Assembly (NCBI GenBank): GCA_963696385.1
Contig: CAVOKF010000003.1
Span: 224,001 to 288,000 of the forward strand
Length of the DNA: 64,000 nucleotides
Source of the DNA: an uncultured delta proteobacterium
GTDB lineage: Bacteria; Myxococcota_A; Polyangia; Polyangiales; Polyangiaceae
Direction: 5' to 3'
In this document: one piece after another, positions 27,776 through 40,700 of the stretch
Position numbering within the stretch: the first letter of the stretch is position 1
How the letters are laid out: each line of letters begins with the position of its first letter
Made by a program: the position numbers and the translations under genes
Notes under the pieces: model-generated
The model's database searches: none
Seen by the model: only the letters and a program-made list of their open reading frames with translations
Told to the model about the DNA's origin: nothing

Positions 27776-29469
27776 TACGAGCTTCGCTTTCCGAAGATTT
27801 GTCCAGCTTTGCCCAGGAGCGTTGCGGGCTCGGGCCTTTTGACCGGATCGGCCGCCGGCTGGGGTCGGTTTGCGCTGGCGAGTGCGGCATCGAGGTCCTC
27901 GGGATTCTCCGCGTACCCGAGGGCTACCTCGCGCGTGATCCGATTGGCACGCACGTGGTCGGCCAGCGACTCGTCGAGCCGAAGGATTCCGAACCCCTTG
28001 CCACGCTGCTGCAAGCTCGGGATCTGGAACGTCTTCGCGTCGCGGATAAGACTCCAGAGCGCCACGGACCCTGGAAGCAACTCCACGGCGGCGACGACGC
28101 CCGAGCCCGAGGCGATCGGGATCAAACGCTGGCCGACGATCAGGTGAAGACCCCCAGCCAGCGTCATGCGCACTTGCTGCTGGTCTGCAGGAGGAAAGAG
28201 GTCGACCACCCGGTCGATGGTCTTCGCCGCGCTCGGCGTGTTCATGGTTCCGATGACCAGGTGTCCCGTTTCGCTGGCGGCGAGCGCCATGCGCACGGTT
28301 TCTGCGTCCCGGAGCTCGCCGACCACGATCACGTCCGGATCTTCGCGCAGCGACCCTTTGAGCGCGGTCGCGAACGATCGGGTGTGTGTGCCTACTTCGC
28401 GCTGGCTGATCATCGCCTTCTTGCGCGGATGCACGTACTCGACCGGATCCTCCACGGTAATCACGTGATGGGTCGTTTCGCGATTGATGATGTCGACGAT
28501 CGCGGCGAGCGTCGTGGTCTTGCCGTGTCCCGTCGGGCCCGTGACGAGTACGAGACCCTGGTGATGATGCGTCGCCCGCTCGATTTCGTGCGGAAGGCCC
28601 AGCGACTCGAGCGTTGGAATCCCCGGCGCGATGCAGCGAAAGCATCCCTTGTATCCCGTCCGCTGTCGCGAAACGTTGACGCGAAAGCGACCCTGCTCGG
28701 GCAGATCGAGCGCGAAGTCGCAAGACCCCTGCTCCTCGAGCGTATGCAGCAGTCGCTCGGGAACCACGCGCAAAAGACGTCGTTCGAGGCCTTTCTCGTC
28801 GAGTGGGTCACCGCTCGGCACCAGATCGCCGTTGCGACGCATCAGTACCGGCCGGCCCGCGACGAGATGGACGTCGCTCGCCTGAGCGCGGCGCGCGGCG
28901 CCGAGCAGCTCCTGCAGTCCTTCGTCGCCCGTGTTGCCCGCGAGCGGCCGGGGGCGAGCCGTCGGAGCCGCCACGCGACGCCCGACGACAGCCGGGGCGA
29001 CGACCGCCGCCCGAAGAATGGGATCCGAAACTTCTGAGCCCCGCTCTGCGCGCGTCTCGGAAGGCGCTGGATCGGAGACTTCTGAGCCCCACTCTGCGCG
29101 CGTCTCGGAAGGCGCCCACGGCGACGCGCCAGAGCCGTCGACGGCGGGCGGCGCCTCGCAGGCCGGACGGCGCGTCGGCACGAATCGCGCTTGCACGCGC
29201 CCGGCATTCATGACGGCTCGAACCTCGACAACGCCTCCGCCATCGATCCGCGCCGTCCAGCGCGCGGCCCTCTCCTCCAGATGGTCGACATACCGGCTGC
29301 CTCCCGCCAAGACCAGCATTTCGAGGATCGCGTCCGTGGAGCGCGCGGTCGAATCGACAGGCTCGTATCGGTGACCGACCTTAACGCACGGCAGTCTGTC
29401 GCTGACCATCGCAAACTCCAGAACTTCCGGCCGCGAAAGCTCGGTCAGCATCTGCGAAAGAGTCTTCAT
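27775..29469 (-). CDS. pilT: PilT/PilU-family ATPase (paralog 1) with extra N-terminal domain
   Basis: ASDVHL, GPTGHGKTTT, TVEDPVE, LREDPD, GELRD, ETGH. Start chosen at MKTLSQ (29469). Confidence 0.88.
   Translation of the reverse strand: MKTLSQMLTELSRPEVLEFAMVSDRLPCVKVGHRYEPVDSTARSTDAILEMLVLAGGSRYVDHLEERAARWTARIDGGGVVEVRAVMNAGRVQARFVPTRRPACEAPPAVDGSGASPWAPSETRAEWGSEVSDPAPSETRAERGSEVSDPILRAAVVAPAVVGRRVAAPTARPRPLAGNTGDEGLQELLGAARRAQASDVHLVAGRPVLMRRNGDLVPSGDPLDEKGLERRLLRVVPERLLHTLEEQGSCDFALDLPEQGRFRVNVSRQRTGYKGCFRCIAPGIPTLESLGLPHEIERATHHHQGLVLVTGPTGHGKTTTLAAIVDIINRETTHHVITVEDPVEYVHPRKKAMISQREVGTHTRSFATALKGSLREDPDVIVVGELRDAETVRMALAASETGHLVIGTMNTPSAAKTIDRVVDLFPPADQQQVRMTLAGGLHLIVGQRLIPIASGSGVVAAVELLPGSVALWSLIRDAKTFQIPSLQQRGKGFGILRLDESLADHVRANRITREVALGYAENPEDLDAALASANRPQPAADPVKRPEPATLLGKAGQIFGKRSS
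29021..29116. repeat. In-frame 48-bp tandem duplication in PilT paralog 1 linker
   Basis: 29021-29068 vs 29069-29116, encoding APSETRAE[W/R]GSEVSDP twice. Confidence 0.92.
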
Positions 29470-29630
29470 CCAGCCCACCAAGCTACAACGAAAGCCAGCC
29501 ACTCGGGATCCCACGGCCGGATGCCAAGCGATGGCCGACACGAGGCAGACCTCACGCACCCGCCCCTCCGATGCGCGAACGGGTGCGAGCGAGACCTCCG
29601 GCGCCCGCCCGTTTCCCCATCCGAAGCGCG

Positions 29631-30791
29631 CTACGGCGCCGCGGAGACAGGCCGATCGGCGCCGTTGGCGCCGGCCCGCGGCTTCATCATGCCGCCGGCC
29701 TCCCCCCGGGAGTAGGCGTCGAACAGCCGGCCCCACGAAGTCCCCGCCTTCCAGGCCTCGAACGTGCGGCGGTCCTTGCGCGGCCAGCGATAGTAGTCGT
29801 GATAGGCCTCGCTCGCAAAAATGAAGACGTTCACGAGGGGCGTATGAAATAGGAGCTTTTGCGCGCCTTTCAGCGGCCCAAACCACAGCATGTCGCCCGC
29901 GTGGCTGGCGAGATTATCGCCCACGTGAAATCCCCAATTGTCGCGGGAGATGTCGTCGCCCACGATCTCGATGTCGCGCGGATCTCCGACACCGAGCCCG
30001 TCGTCGTGAGCCAAGCGAATGTACTCAATTTTCAACGGGTCAAAGCCCATCATTTTCGCCGCGACGGCGTCGATGGCAACCTGGTCTGCACTGGCAAGCA
30101 TCGTGTCCTTCACGACCGGAATCATCGTGCGAGGTCCGGGGCCGTTGCCCGCGGTCGTGCCATCCATAATGGCGAAAAGGCCCGGATGAATCTCCTTCTG
30201 AATGGCCAGGAGATCGACCAGCGTCTGGTGTATCCAGCTATGGGTATAGTGGCGTTTGGTGGCAAGAAGGCCGCCGAAGGCGTTCTTCATCGCCCCCGTG
30301 GTCGTCGTGTAAATATGGCACTTGACCGTCGGCAAGTGTACGATGTTCTTCCCGAAAAAGTAATCCGGGATCTGGATCCCATCCGGGAAGATGCGGTGCA
30401 ACACGTGCATCGTAGCCTTGGGGCGATATTCGACCCAATTCATGTCCGTCTCTTTGAAATTGTACAGGACGGGGACGCTGTACTTGCGGAATAGCGGCAA
30501 ATAATGATTCAGGTCCTCGCCCTTGAAGGCATTGGTTACGACCGTCTTGTTTTGTACACACGTGACATCGGGAAAGCCTGCGGCTCTCAGCGCCACAATG
30601 GCCCCTTCCATTTGCCACGGCGTCGTATTGGCCGCTGGAAATGGGTAATGCCAAGAAATGTTGTCCTTGAGGATCGTCGTGCAACCCGGCGTCAGCGCGT
30701 GCTTCAGGTCGGCGAGATCGCAAAGCCGAGCGATGTCCCCGAGAATGCTCTCGGGCTTGCACTTCAATACAGCGACTTTCGATTTGGCCAT
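29631..30791 (-). CDS. DUF362 domain protein (putative Fe-S binding)
   Basis: ILKDNISW...HLPTVKCH...TGAMKNAFG...AIMDG...ASADQVAIDAVAAKMMGFDP. Confidence 0.85.
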   Translation of the reverse strand: MAKSKVAVLKCKPESILGDIARLCDLADLKHALTPGCTTILKDNISWHYPFPAANTTPWQMEGAIVALRAAGFPDVTCVQNKTVVTNAFKGEDLNHYLPLFRKYSVPVLYNFKETDMNWVEYRPKATMHVLHRIFPDGIQIPDYFFGKNIVHLPTVKCHIYTTTTGAMKNAFGGLLATKRHYTHSWIHQTLVDLLAIQKEIHPGLFAIMDGTTAGNGPGPRTMIPVVKDTMLASADQVAIDAVAAKMMGFDPLKIEYIRLAHDDGLGVGDPRDIEIVGDDISRDNWGFHVGDNLASHAGDMLWFGPLKGAQKLLFHTPLVNVFIFASEAYHDYYRWPRKDRRTFEAWKAGTSWGRLFDAYSRGEAGGMMKPRAGANGADRPVSAAP

Positions 30792-30829
30792 GCATTCACC
30801 ACGCGATCCCGCTTGGGGGTGCTGACGAG

Positions 30830-30999
30830 CTTAGTACAGCACCCCGCTAAACGGTACCCAGCTGCGCTGGGCACGCCTGCGTTGCAGGCTGGCGCTGTAC
30901 TAAGATGATTTCCTTGGGGCTTCGCCCCAAACCCCCAATCGCCTCCGGGCGATTGAAGTACACCGCCCAGCGGATCCCTTTGTTCTTGGGCGGCGTACT

Positions 31000-31001
<2 letters not shown>
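30830..31001. repeat. ~172-bp structured dispersed element, copy 1 (MITE/REP-like or ncRNA)
   Basis: About 90% identical to 58894-59066. Contains multiple inverted repeats. Confidence 0.9.
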
Positions 31002-32319
<1,318 letters not shown>

Positions 32320-34335
32320 TCAACCAACCGAAGGGCCCGGCACCCCGCCGACAGGCCTCCCGCTGCCCGTGGACTCGGCGAGAGCGGCCCACGCCGTGCC
32401 CAACTCCTGTAGGGTCCGGACCCGACTCGCCGGCGGCAGACTCGCAAGCAAGGCCCGACCGTAGCCTCTTCGGATGATTCGCCTGTCGAGGATGGCGACG
32501 GCACCGGTGTCGGTCTGCGTTCGAATCAAGCGACCGAACCCCTGCTTGAGCGTCATTGCAGCGGACGGGACCGAATACTGCGCGAAGCCGCTGCCGCCAT
32601 CGCGGTCAAGGCGAGCGCAGCGAGCTGCCACGACCGGGTCGCTCGGCGGCGCAAACGGGATCTTGTCGATGACCACCAAGCGGAGCGCCCGTCCTGGCAC
32701 GTCGACGCCTTCCCAAAAGCTCATCGTGGCTACAAGCACGGCCCGCCCGCTCGAACGGAAGCGGGAGAGGATGGTGTGCTTCGGGCCTTCTCCCTGAACG
32801 AGAACCGGTCGATCGGGTGCGCCACGGATGCGCTCGTAGAGCGCCTTCATGGAGCGAGTCGACGTGCACAAAACGAACGCCCCCCCGTCCGTGATCGCCA
32901 CGAGTTCGGCAATCCGCGCGGCAGCGGCGTCCTCGAATCCCGGATGGGCTGGCTCCGGCAGGTCGTCCGGCAGGTAAAGAAGCGCGCGGGAAGCGAAGTC
33001 GAACGGTGACGGAACGATCAACTCGAGGCTCTCGGGAGGAGCCCCGAGACGCGCCTTCGCGAAATGAAAGCTGTGGCCCGTAGCCAGCGTGGCGCTCGTG
33101 CACACGACCGACGGAATGCGATCGAAAAGGCGGGTGCGCAGCGTCGGCCCGACGTCCACCGGGCTCGCGCCAATGGAGACGGTTCGCGCACGTACGTCGA
33201 CCCACCGCACCCGATCCGAGATCTCCCCGTCTTGCTGCGGCGTCGCACTGCTCAGGATGCCACGCAAGTCGTCGCGCAGTTCTCTCGCACGACGCCCGAT
33301 CAGTTGCAACGCTTCCTCCGGGCGGGCGCGCACGCCGAGCTCGAGTGCCTCGAGCCGCACGTCGAGAGCTTCGTACGACGCGCGGACGGCCGGGGTCAGA
33401 TCCCGGTCGGCCAGAATGCGACGCGCGTCGAGCCCCGGTCCCCGGATTCCGAGATGACCGAAGAGCGCGCGACACGCTTCGCGCGCGGCTTCGAGTGTTG
33501 AACTCAACGGGGCCATCTCGGCGGTGTGGCTGCCGTTCGCCGCGGCCAGCGTGCGCTCCGCATCGCGCGCGAGCGATTCGACCCGCGCACTCGACACGCG
33601 CATCCCGAAAAACTCGGACGCGACATCTTCCATTTGGTGAGCCTCGTCGAAGACGACGGCATCGTACGGTGGCAACACGCTCGCGTGCAGCCCGCGGGGC
33701 CCGCTGCGCAGCGCGAGATCCGCCAGAAACAGGTGATGATTGACGACGACCACCTGGGCGTGCTCGGCCTGCCGCCGCATTCGCGTGACGAAGCACGCTT
33801 CGTAATGTTCGCACTGTGCGCCAATGCGCGTCTCACTCGACGAGGCAACGTCTCGCCACACCTCCGACTCCTCGGGCAATTCGCCGAGCTCGGCGCGATC
33901 GCCGCTCGCGGAGATCGCCGCCCATTCGACGACGCGCAGAAGAGCGCGGTCCTTGCTGCGTACGGCGGCCGCCCGTGCCTCGGCCAAGCGGCGAAGGCAT
34001 ACGTAATTCGTCAGCCCTTTCATCATCGTCGCTTCGAAGCGGATCCCGTGAGCCTTCAACGCCCCAGCCACGAGCGGCAGGTCCTTGAAGAAAATCTGTT
34101 CTTGAAGGGCGCGCGTCGCCGTCGACACGATCACCTTGCGCCCGCTGAGAACCGCCGGGACGAGGTAGGCGAGCGTCTTGCCCGTCCCCGTCCCCGCCTC
34201 GACGAACAAGTGGCGCTCGTGTTCGAGGGCGTCCTCGACCGCTCCGGCCATCGCGATCTGTCCTTCCCGGTGTTCCCATCCAGGCAGACGCGACAACGGA
34301 GAGTCCGGACCCAAGACGTCCCGCGCGCAGATCAC
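32320..34335 (-). CDS. DinG/YoaA-family ATP-dependent DNA helicase
   Basis: EAGTGTGKT, Fe-S Cys residues, VNHHL, FDEAH, TSATL, FWEGVD, QGFGRLIR. GAGGAG SD before GTG 34335. Confidence 0.92.
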   Translation of the reverse strand: MICARDVLGPDSPLSRLPGWEHREGQIAMAGAVEDALEHERHLFVEAGTGTGKTLAYLVPAVLSGRKVIVSTATRALQEQIFFKDLPLVAGALKAHGIRFEATMMKGLTNYVCLRRLAEARAAAVRSKDRALLRVVEWAAISASGDRAELGELPEESEVWRDVASSSETRIGAQCEHYEACFVTRMRRQAEHAQVVVVNHHLFLADLALRSGPRGLHASVLPPYDAVVFDEAHQMEDVASEFFGMRVSSARVESLARDAERTLAAANGSHTAEMAPLSSTLEAAREACRALFGHLGIRGPGLDARRILADRDLTPAVRASYEALDVRLEALELGVRARPEEALQLIGRRARELRDDLRGILSSATPQQDGEISDRVRWVDVRARTVSIGASPVDVGPTLRTRLFDRIPSVVCTSATLATGHSFHFAKARLGAPPESLELIVPSPFDFASRALLYLPDDLPEPAHPGFEDAAAARIAELVAITDGGAFVLCTSTRSMKALYERIRGAPDRPVLVQGEGPKHTILSRFRSSGRAVLVATMSFWEGVDVPGRALRLVVIDKIPFAPPSDPVVAARCARLDRDGGSGFAQYSVPSAAMTLKQGFGRLIRTQTDTGAVAILDRRIIRRGYGRALLASLPPASRVRTLQELGTAWAALAESTGSGRPVGGVPGPSVG

Positions 34336-34472
34336 CCGCTCCTCATAGCCTGAATGGCCATGCGGTGATGGCACCGGGGGGGCCTCTCGCGGGGCGCCCG
34401 GATGGCCGAGACGGCCCACGCCGTCGCCGACAGGCCCCCCCTATCGTTGAATCGCCGCCCGACGCGTGGTAG

Positions 34473-36041
<1,569 letters not shown>

Positions 36042-36064
36042 CGGCGCCGCGGGCGCAGAAAACG

Positions 36065-36646
36065 ATGGCGGACAAGATCCAGCTTGAAATCGTCACTCCG
36101 CGCGGCCGCGCATTGGTGGCTGCAGTCGACGAAGTCACCGCGCCTAGCGTCCATGGTGAATTCGGCGTATTGCCGGGCCACTTGCCCCTGCTCGCTGCGT
36201 TGCGCACGGGGATCGTGACGTACCGTCAAGGCAACGAGACGAAGCGCTGCGCCGTCGGCCCCGGATTCGCCGAGGCGGGTCCGGACAAGCTCGTCCTCTT
36301 GACCGAGGACTACACGGAGCGCGCACAAATCGATCCCGTGCTCGTTCGCCAGGAGCTGGCGGGGGTCGAGCTGCAGCTGGCCCGGATCGAGGCTGTTCCG
36401 ATGGCCGGAGCGCAAACGAAGGGCGCCGAAGCGCCGGCCCTCGACGCGCGCGTCGCGCGCGACGCGCTCATCGCGCGGGAGAACTGGCTGGCGGTGGAGC
36501 TCGAACTGTATGGCGATCCACCTCCTGCGACCCAGCGGCCGTACGAGGAGTTCGGACCGCCAGCGCCGCCCCCAGACGACGAACTGCCGCCCGAGGACGA
36601 CGACCGATCGGGCGACGCGCGCAGCGCGCTGCGCGCGTCGAAGTAG
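36065..36646 (+). CDS. atpC: F0F1 ATP synthase subunit epsilon, with C-terminal extension
   Basis: LEIVTP...GEFGVLPGHLPLL...GFAE. Directly follows atpD. Confidence 0.92.
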   Translation: MADKIQLEIVTPRGRALVAAVDEVTAPSVHGEFGVLPGHLPLLAALRTGIVTYRQGNETKRCAVGPGFAEAGPDKLVLLTEDYTERAQIDPVLVRQELAGVELQLARIEAVPMAGAQTKGAEAPALDARVARDALIARENWLAVELELYGDPPPATQRPYEEFGPPAPPPDDELPPEDDDRSGDARSALRASK

Positions 36647-36656
36647 CGTCGCCGCT

Positions 36657-37262
36657 ATGCAGCGTTGGGTCACTCGGCTGGTCGGTGTTGCAGTCGTCGT
36701 GCTCGCTCTATGGATCGTTGCACGTGACTTTCACCGGCCGAAAACCATCGCGCAGGACGGTTCGCCGGACGGCGGGTCGGACGACAGAAGCACCCCCCGG
36801 TCGGCGCATCGCGACGCGGGCGGCACGGGCGGGGAGGCGAGCGGACCTATGCCGAGCGATTTCGCGAGGCTGGAGCCGCGAATCGATGGCGGATTCGAAC
36901 CGGCGCTGCCCGAAGGAACCTCCGTCCCACCGCTGCCGATGGATGCGCCGCGCCAGGTGCGATTCGGGGTCGTGCTCGTCTCGTACACGGGAGCGCAACC
37001 GAGCGCGAGCGGAGGACGGCCGGCAATCCGTTCGCGTGCCGAGGCCAAGGAGCTGGCGGCCAAACTCGTCGTTACGGCGCAACACGACTTCCATGCAGCC
37101 GTCCAGCAGGGCGACCCCGGATCGTCGGACGACGTCGGCACCGTGAGGACGGCCATTCTCGAGCCGGCACCGGAATACATACTGTTCACTCTGCCGGTCG
37201 ACAGCGTGGGTGGGCCCATCGATACACCGCGCGGATACTGGATCGTCAAAAGGCTCGAATAA
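36657..37262 (+). CDS. Membrane-anchored parvulin-like peptidyl-prolyl isomerase
   Basis: N-terminal TM. VLVSYTGA...RSRAEAKELA...GDPGS...LFTLPVDSVGGPIDTPRGYWIVKR. The parvulin His residues appear substituted. Confidence 0.78.
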   Translation: MQRWVTRLVGVAVVVLALWIVARDFHRPKTIAQDGSPDGGSDDRSTPRSAHRDAGGTGGEASGPMPSDFARLEPRIDGGFEPALPEGTSVPPLPMDAPRQVRFGVVLVSYTGAQPSASGGRPAIRSRAEAKELAAKLVVTAQHDFHAAVQQGDPGSSDDVGTVRTAILEPAPEYILFTLPVDSVGGPIDTPRGYWIVKRLE

Positions 37263-37274
37263 GAGGAAACGCCA

Positions 37275-37562
37275 ATGGCCACGATCGACGTTCGTCGAAC
37301 TCACACCCTTCCCAAGGACGAGGCGAGGAAGCGCGCCGAAGATCTCGCGGTCTCGATGAAGCAGAAGATGGACCTCGATTGGCACTGGGACGGGGATCGG
37401 ATCCTCTTCGAAGCCGCTCGAGGGACCGCCAAGGGAACGAGAGGCAGCGTCGAGGTGAGCGACACCGAGGTGCGCGTGCAGATCGATCTCCCTTTGCTGA
37501 TGCGCATGCTCAAGGGCACCGTCGAATCGAAAGTCCACGAAAAGCTCGCCCAGATCCTTTGA
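37275..37562 (+). CDS. Polyhydroxyalkanoic acid system family protein (PHA_gran_rgn)
   Basis: MATIDVRRTHTLPKDEARKRAE...WDGDRILF...IDLPLLMRMLKGTVE. GAGG SD. Confidence 0.8.
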   Translation: MATIDVRRTHTLPKDEARKRAEDLAVSMKQKMDLDWHWDGDRILFEAARGTAKGTRGSVEVSDTEVRVQIDLPLLMRMLKGTVESKVHEKLAQIL

Positions 37563-37727
37563 CGAGCGGGCGCTTGCGCCGATGCCAAGCCGGCTGCGCG
37601 GCCTCTACGACATCGGGGGGCCCCCGCCTCGCTTCGCACGACCGAGGGCCGAACGCTGCATTTCGTCTGCGCCGTGAACGGGGAGTGAGATAAGCTGGGG
37701 CGACGATCGTTCGCGCCGGCCCCGCGC

Positions 37728-40700
37728 ATGTCCCACTCGCCCACGATCAGCCCACCCCCGGCGGCTTCGACGCCGACCCAGCCCAGCCAGCCGCTAAGCC
37801 CGTCTGACGAGACGCTTCGGCGCTTGCGCGCCGAGATCGACGCCACGGCGGATGCCGCCCGCCGTGCACGCTTGCTCTCAGAGATCGCCGAGCTCGAAGA
37901 AAGCGACGGCGACGACGCCGCGGCCGCCCGAGACTATCTGGCGGCTCACGAAGTGGATCCCAGCTTCCGCGAGTCGCTCGAAGGAATTGCACGACTGCTC
38001 GACAAGCGATCCGGACTGAAGGGGCTCGGGGTGCATTTTTTCGAGTCGCTGCTCGAAGCGGCCGCGACCCCGGAGGAACGGGTACGGGCACTCCTGATGC
38101 AGGCTGCGTACATGGCCGATGTCGCAGGCGACATCGCCGCGGCCACGAACAGCGCACGGCGGGCGGCGGCCATCCATGAGGCGCCAGCCGCAGAGCAAGC
38201 CCGGGCATGGCTGGAACTCGAGCTCCTCGCCGGACGCTCGGACGACTCGGCGACCCGCGAGCAGGCACTCGCTGAAAGGACTCGTTTCGCCGACGATCGG
38301 ACCTGGCGAGCCCTGTTGCTCATCGATCGAGCACGCATGGCGTCACAATCCGGGCAAACGCAAGCCGCTCTTCGGCTACTCGAAGAGGCACGGGGTCTCG
38401 AAGGTGGCGGGACGTGGGCGGCGACGATGGCTCTCGAGAGCGTGTCCCGGATCCGACCGGGCAGCGCAGACACGATGCAAGCGCCGGCACCCGCCGATCT
38501 CCAGGCGAGGAGCCTCGAAGCTCTCGCGGATCTGATCGACACCGCCATCCACGATGGCGACCGCGGCGACGCTTTGGGCGTCCCGCGATGGGCGCGGGAG
38601 GCGGGTCGCGCGGCCGATGCGTGGTTGCGGTCGGCCGAAATGCGCCGAACCGCCAGACAGCTCGACGCGGTCGCAGCCGCGCTCGATCGCGCCGTCCTCG
38701 CGGTCGGTCGGATGCAAGGCGACGACAAGCGCATGGCGCAGGTGGTCGTCGCGCAGGCAAGGATTCGGCTCGCCGAGCAGACCGGGAACACGGAGCTTGC
38801 GGCCGATCTCGCAGCGCGTCGCTTGGAGACCGAGACGGACGGACCCACTGCCGCCGCACTGGCGTTGCGCGTGGCCGAATGGGCGTCGACGAGAGGCCAT
38901 GCGGAGGACGCTATCGAGGCGCTGTCTCAAGCACTCGCGTCGGATCCGGGATGTCTGCCTGCACGCGCCCTGCAGCTCGACATGCTGGCGGACGGGAATC
39001 AGCCGTCTGCGTTCTCGTCACGGCTCGAAGAGTTCGCCGACCAATTGGCCACCGACAGCGCGCGCGTTCGCGCCTTCATCCTTGCGGCCTTCGTGTGGGC
39101 GGTTCGAGCAAGCGACGCCGGCGCCGCGAGAGCCGCCCTGACCCAAGCGGCGATGTTCGGCGCAAACGCCGCGGTGACCGCGCGCGTGGCCAGGGTACTC
39201 GCCAGCGTCGCCGGTGACACGGCATGGTACGAAGAGGCGACCAAGCGGCTGCTGACGTCGGAGCACCCGGACAAGGAGTCGATTTCGTTGTGCACGGAGC
39301 TCATCCGAATCCGTTCCGCACGCGGCGATGCAGCGGCCGTCGCCCGGGCGATGGGCGAGCTCGTCGAGATTCCGGGCGGTGCGTGGCTGGCGTGGATTCT
39401 CGAAGCCTTCCCTGCCCCGTCAAGTGCCGCTTCTCCGGGACGCGACGACCGCGACGCGCGCGCACGCTCGGCCATGGCATCGTTGGCGGCCATCGACGAA
39501 GTTGACTTCGACCGGTCGCGTACCCTGAGCGTCGTTGCCGCCATGCGGGCGCATGCGATCGGCGACCTCGCGGCCGCACGCGAAGCATTGCGCCGCCTGG
39601 TGGAGCGATATCCAGAGGACGCCATCCTCGCGACCTACCTCGGGGATCTCGACCGGTCCGCGGGAGACCCGAGCGCCGCGGCGAGCGTCGCCTCTACTGC
39701 GGCGGAAGCCGTCGCGGATCGCCAGCTCGGTGCGGCATTCCACATCGAAGCCGCGTTCGAGCACTGGCGCGCCGGCCAACGCAAGCGAGCCATCGACGAA
39801 CTTGAGGCGGCCATCGGCGATGCTCCCGAGGCCAGCAAGACCGCCATCGGTTGGGCGATCTGGGGTGTGGATCCGGAATCGCTCGACGCCCGCCGCTTGG
39901 CCATCCGCCGAGCGGAGGAGGTGGGCGGCGACCCGCGCGTTCTTGCACTCGAGCGCTTCGCAACGGCGGTAGCGTCCGGCGAGGCCGACGTGGCTTCCGC
40001 CGCTCTTTCATTTCTCGACGCGGCGCCGTCCCCGTTGAACCTTGCAGCCGCCATCGGGCGGATCACCGGGTCGAGCGTCGCCCTGCCGACCGACGAGGTC
40101 GACGCGCTCGCGCGGATTGCCTCGAGCGGCCCCGGAGGGCTTCAGCTCGCTGCGGCCGAGCGCACGGTCATCGCGCGACGAAGCGATGATCCCGAGGCCA
40201 TCGCGCAAGCCGCTCGCGGCTGGTTCGAGGCCGGGGGCGGCCTGCCTGCCGCGCTCGACTGGTTGGGCGCCGCCGTTAGGTCCGGCGACTCTCGAGAAGA
40301 GGTCCAAGCTCGGATTGCCGTCGCAGAGTCCATGTCCGGCGATGCACGCGAATCGATGCTCGCAGGCGCGGCGCTCCTGCAAACTCATGTCGATCTGAGT
40401 ACGCCTGCCGCGCTCGTCGCGGGGGGATCCGCATCCGTGCGTCTCGCGAATCTCGAGCTCGCTCCTCCGGGCTGCGATCCGCGCCGGCGGGCGGCAGCCC
40501 TCGAGGATCTCGACGGGGTGCTGGGCGATGAAGCCGAGCTCGATGCCATCGCACTTGCCGCATGGTCGAGGCTGGCGTCCTCGGACCCCGTCGGCGCCCG
40601 TGGGGCTTTCGAACGGGTCTTGGCCAAGAGGCCGCACGATCTTGCTGCCTGGGACGGGCTTCGGGCGTGCGCTGAAACCTCGGGCGACCTCGCGTTGCGC

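Noticed and set aside
26690..28723. 677-aa ORF suggesting a fused double PilT or programmed frameshift
   Set aside because: The upstream part is an alternative frame of paralog 1. The real second gene starts at ATG 27775 with a normal TAATG overlap.
30830..30905. Cloverleaf part of the repeated element as a tRNA or retron ncRNA
   Set aside because: It lacks the T-loop TTCRA and D-loop consensus, has a ~14-bp outer stem, and there is no reverse transcriptase in the window.
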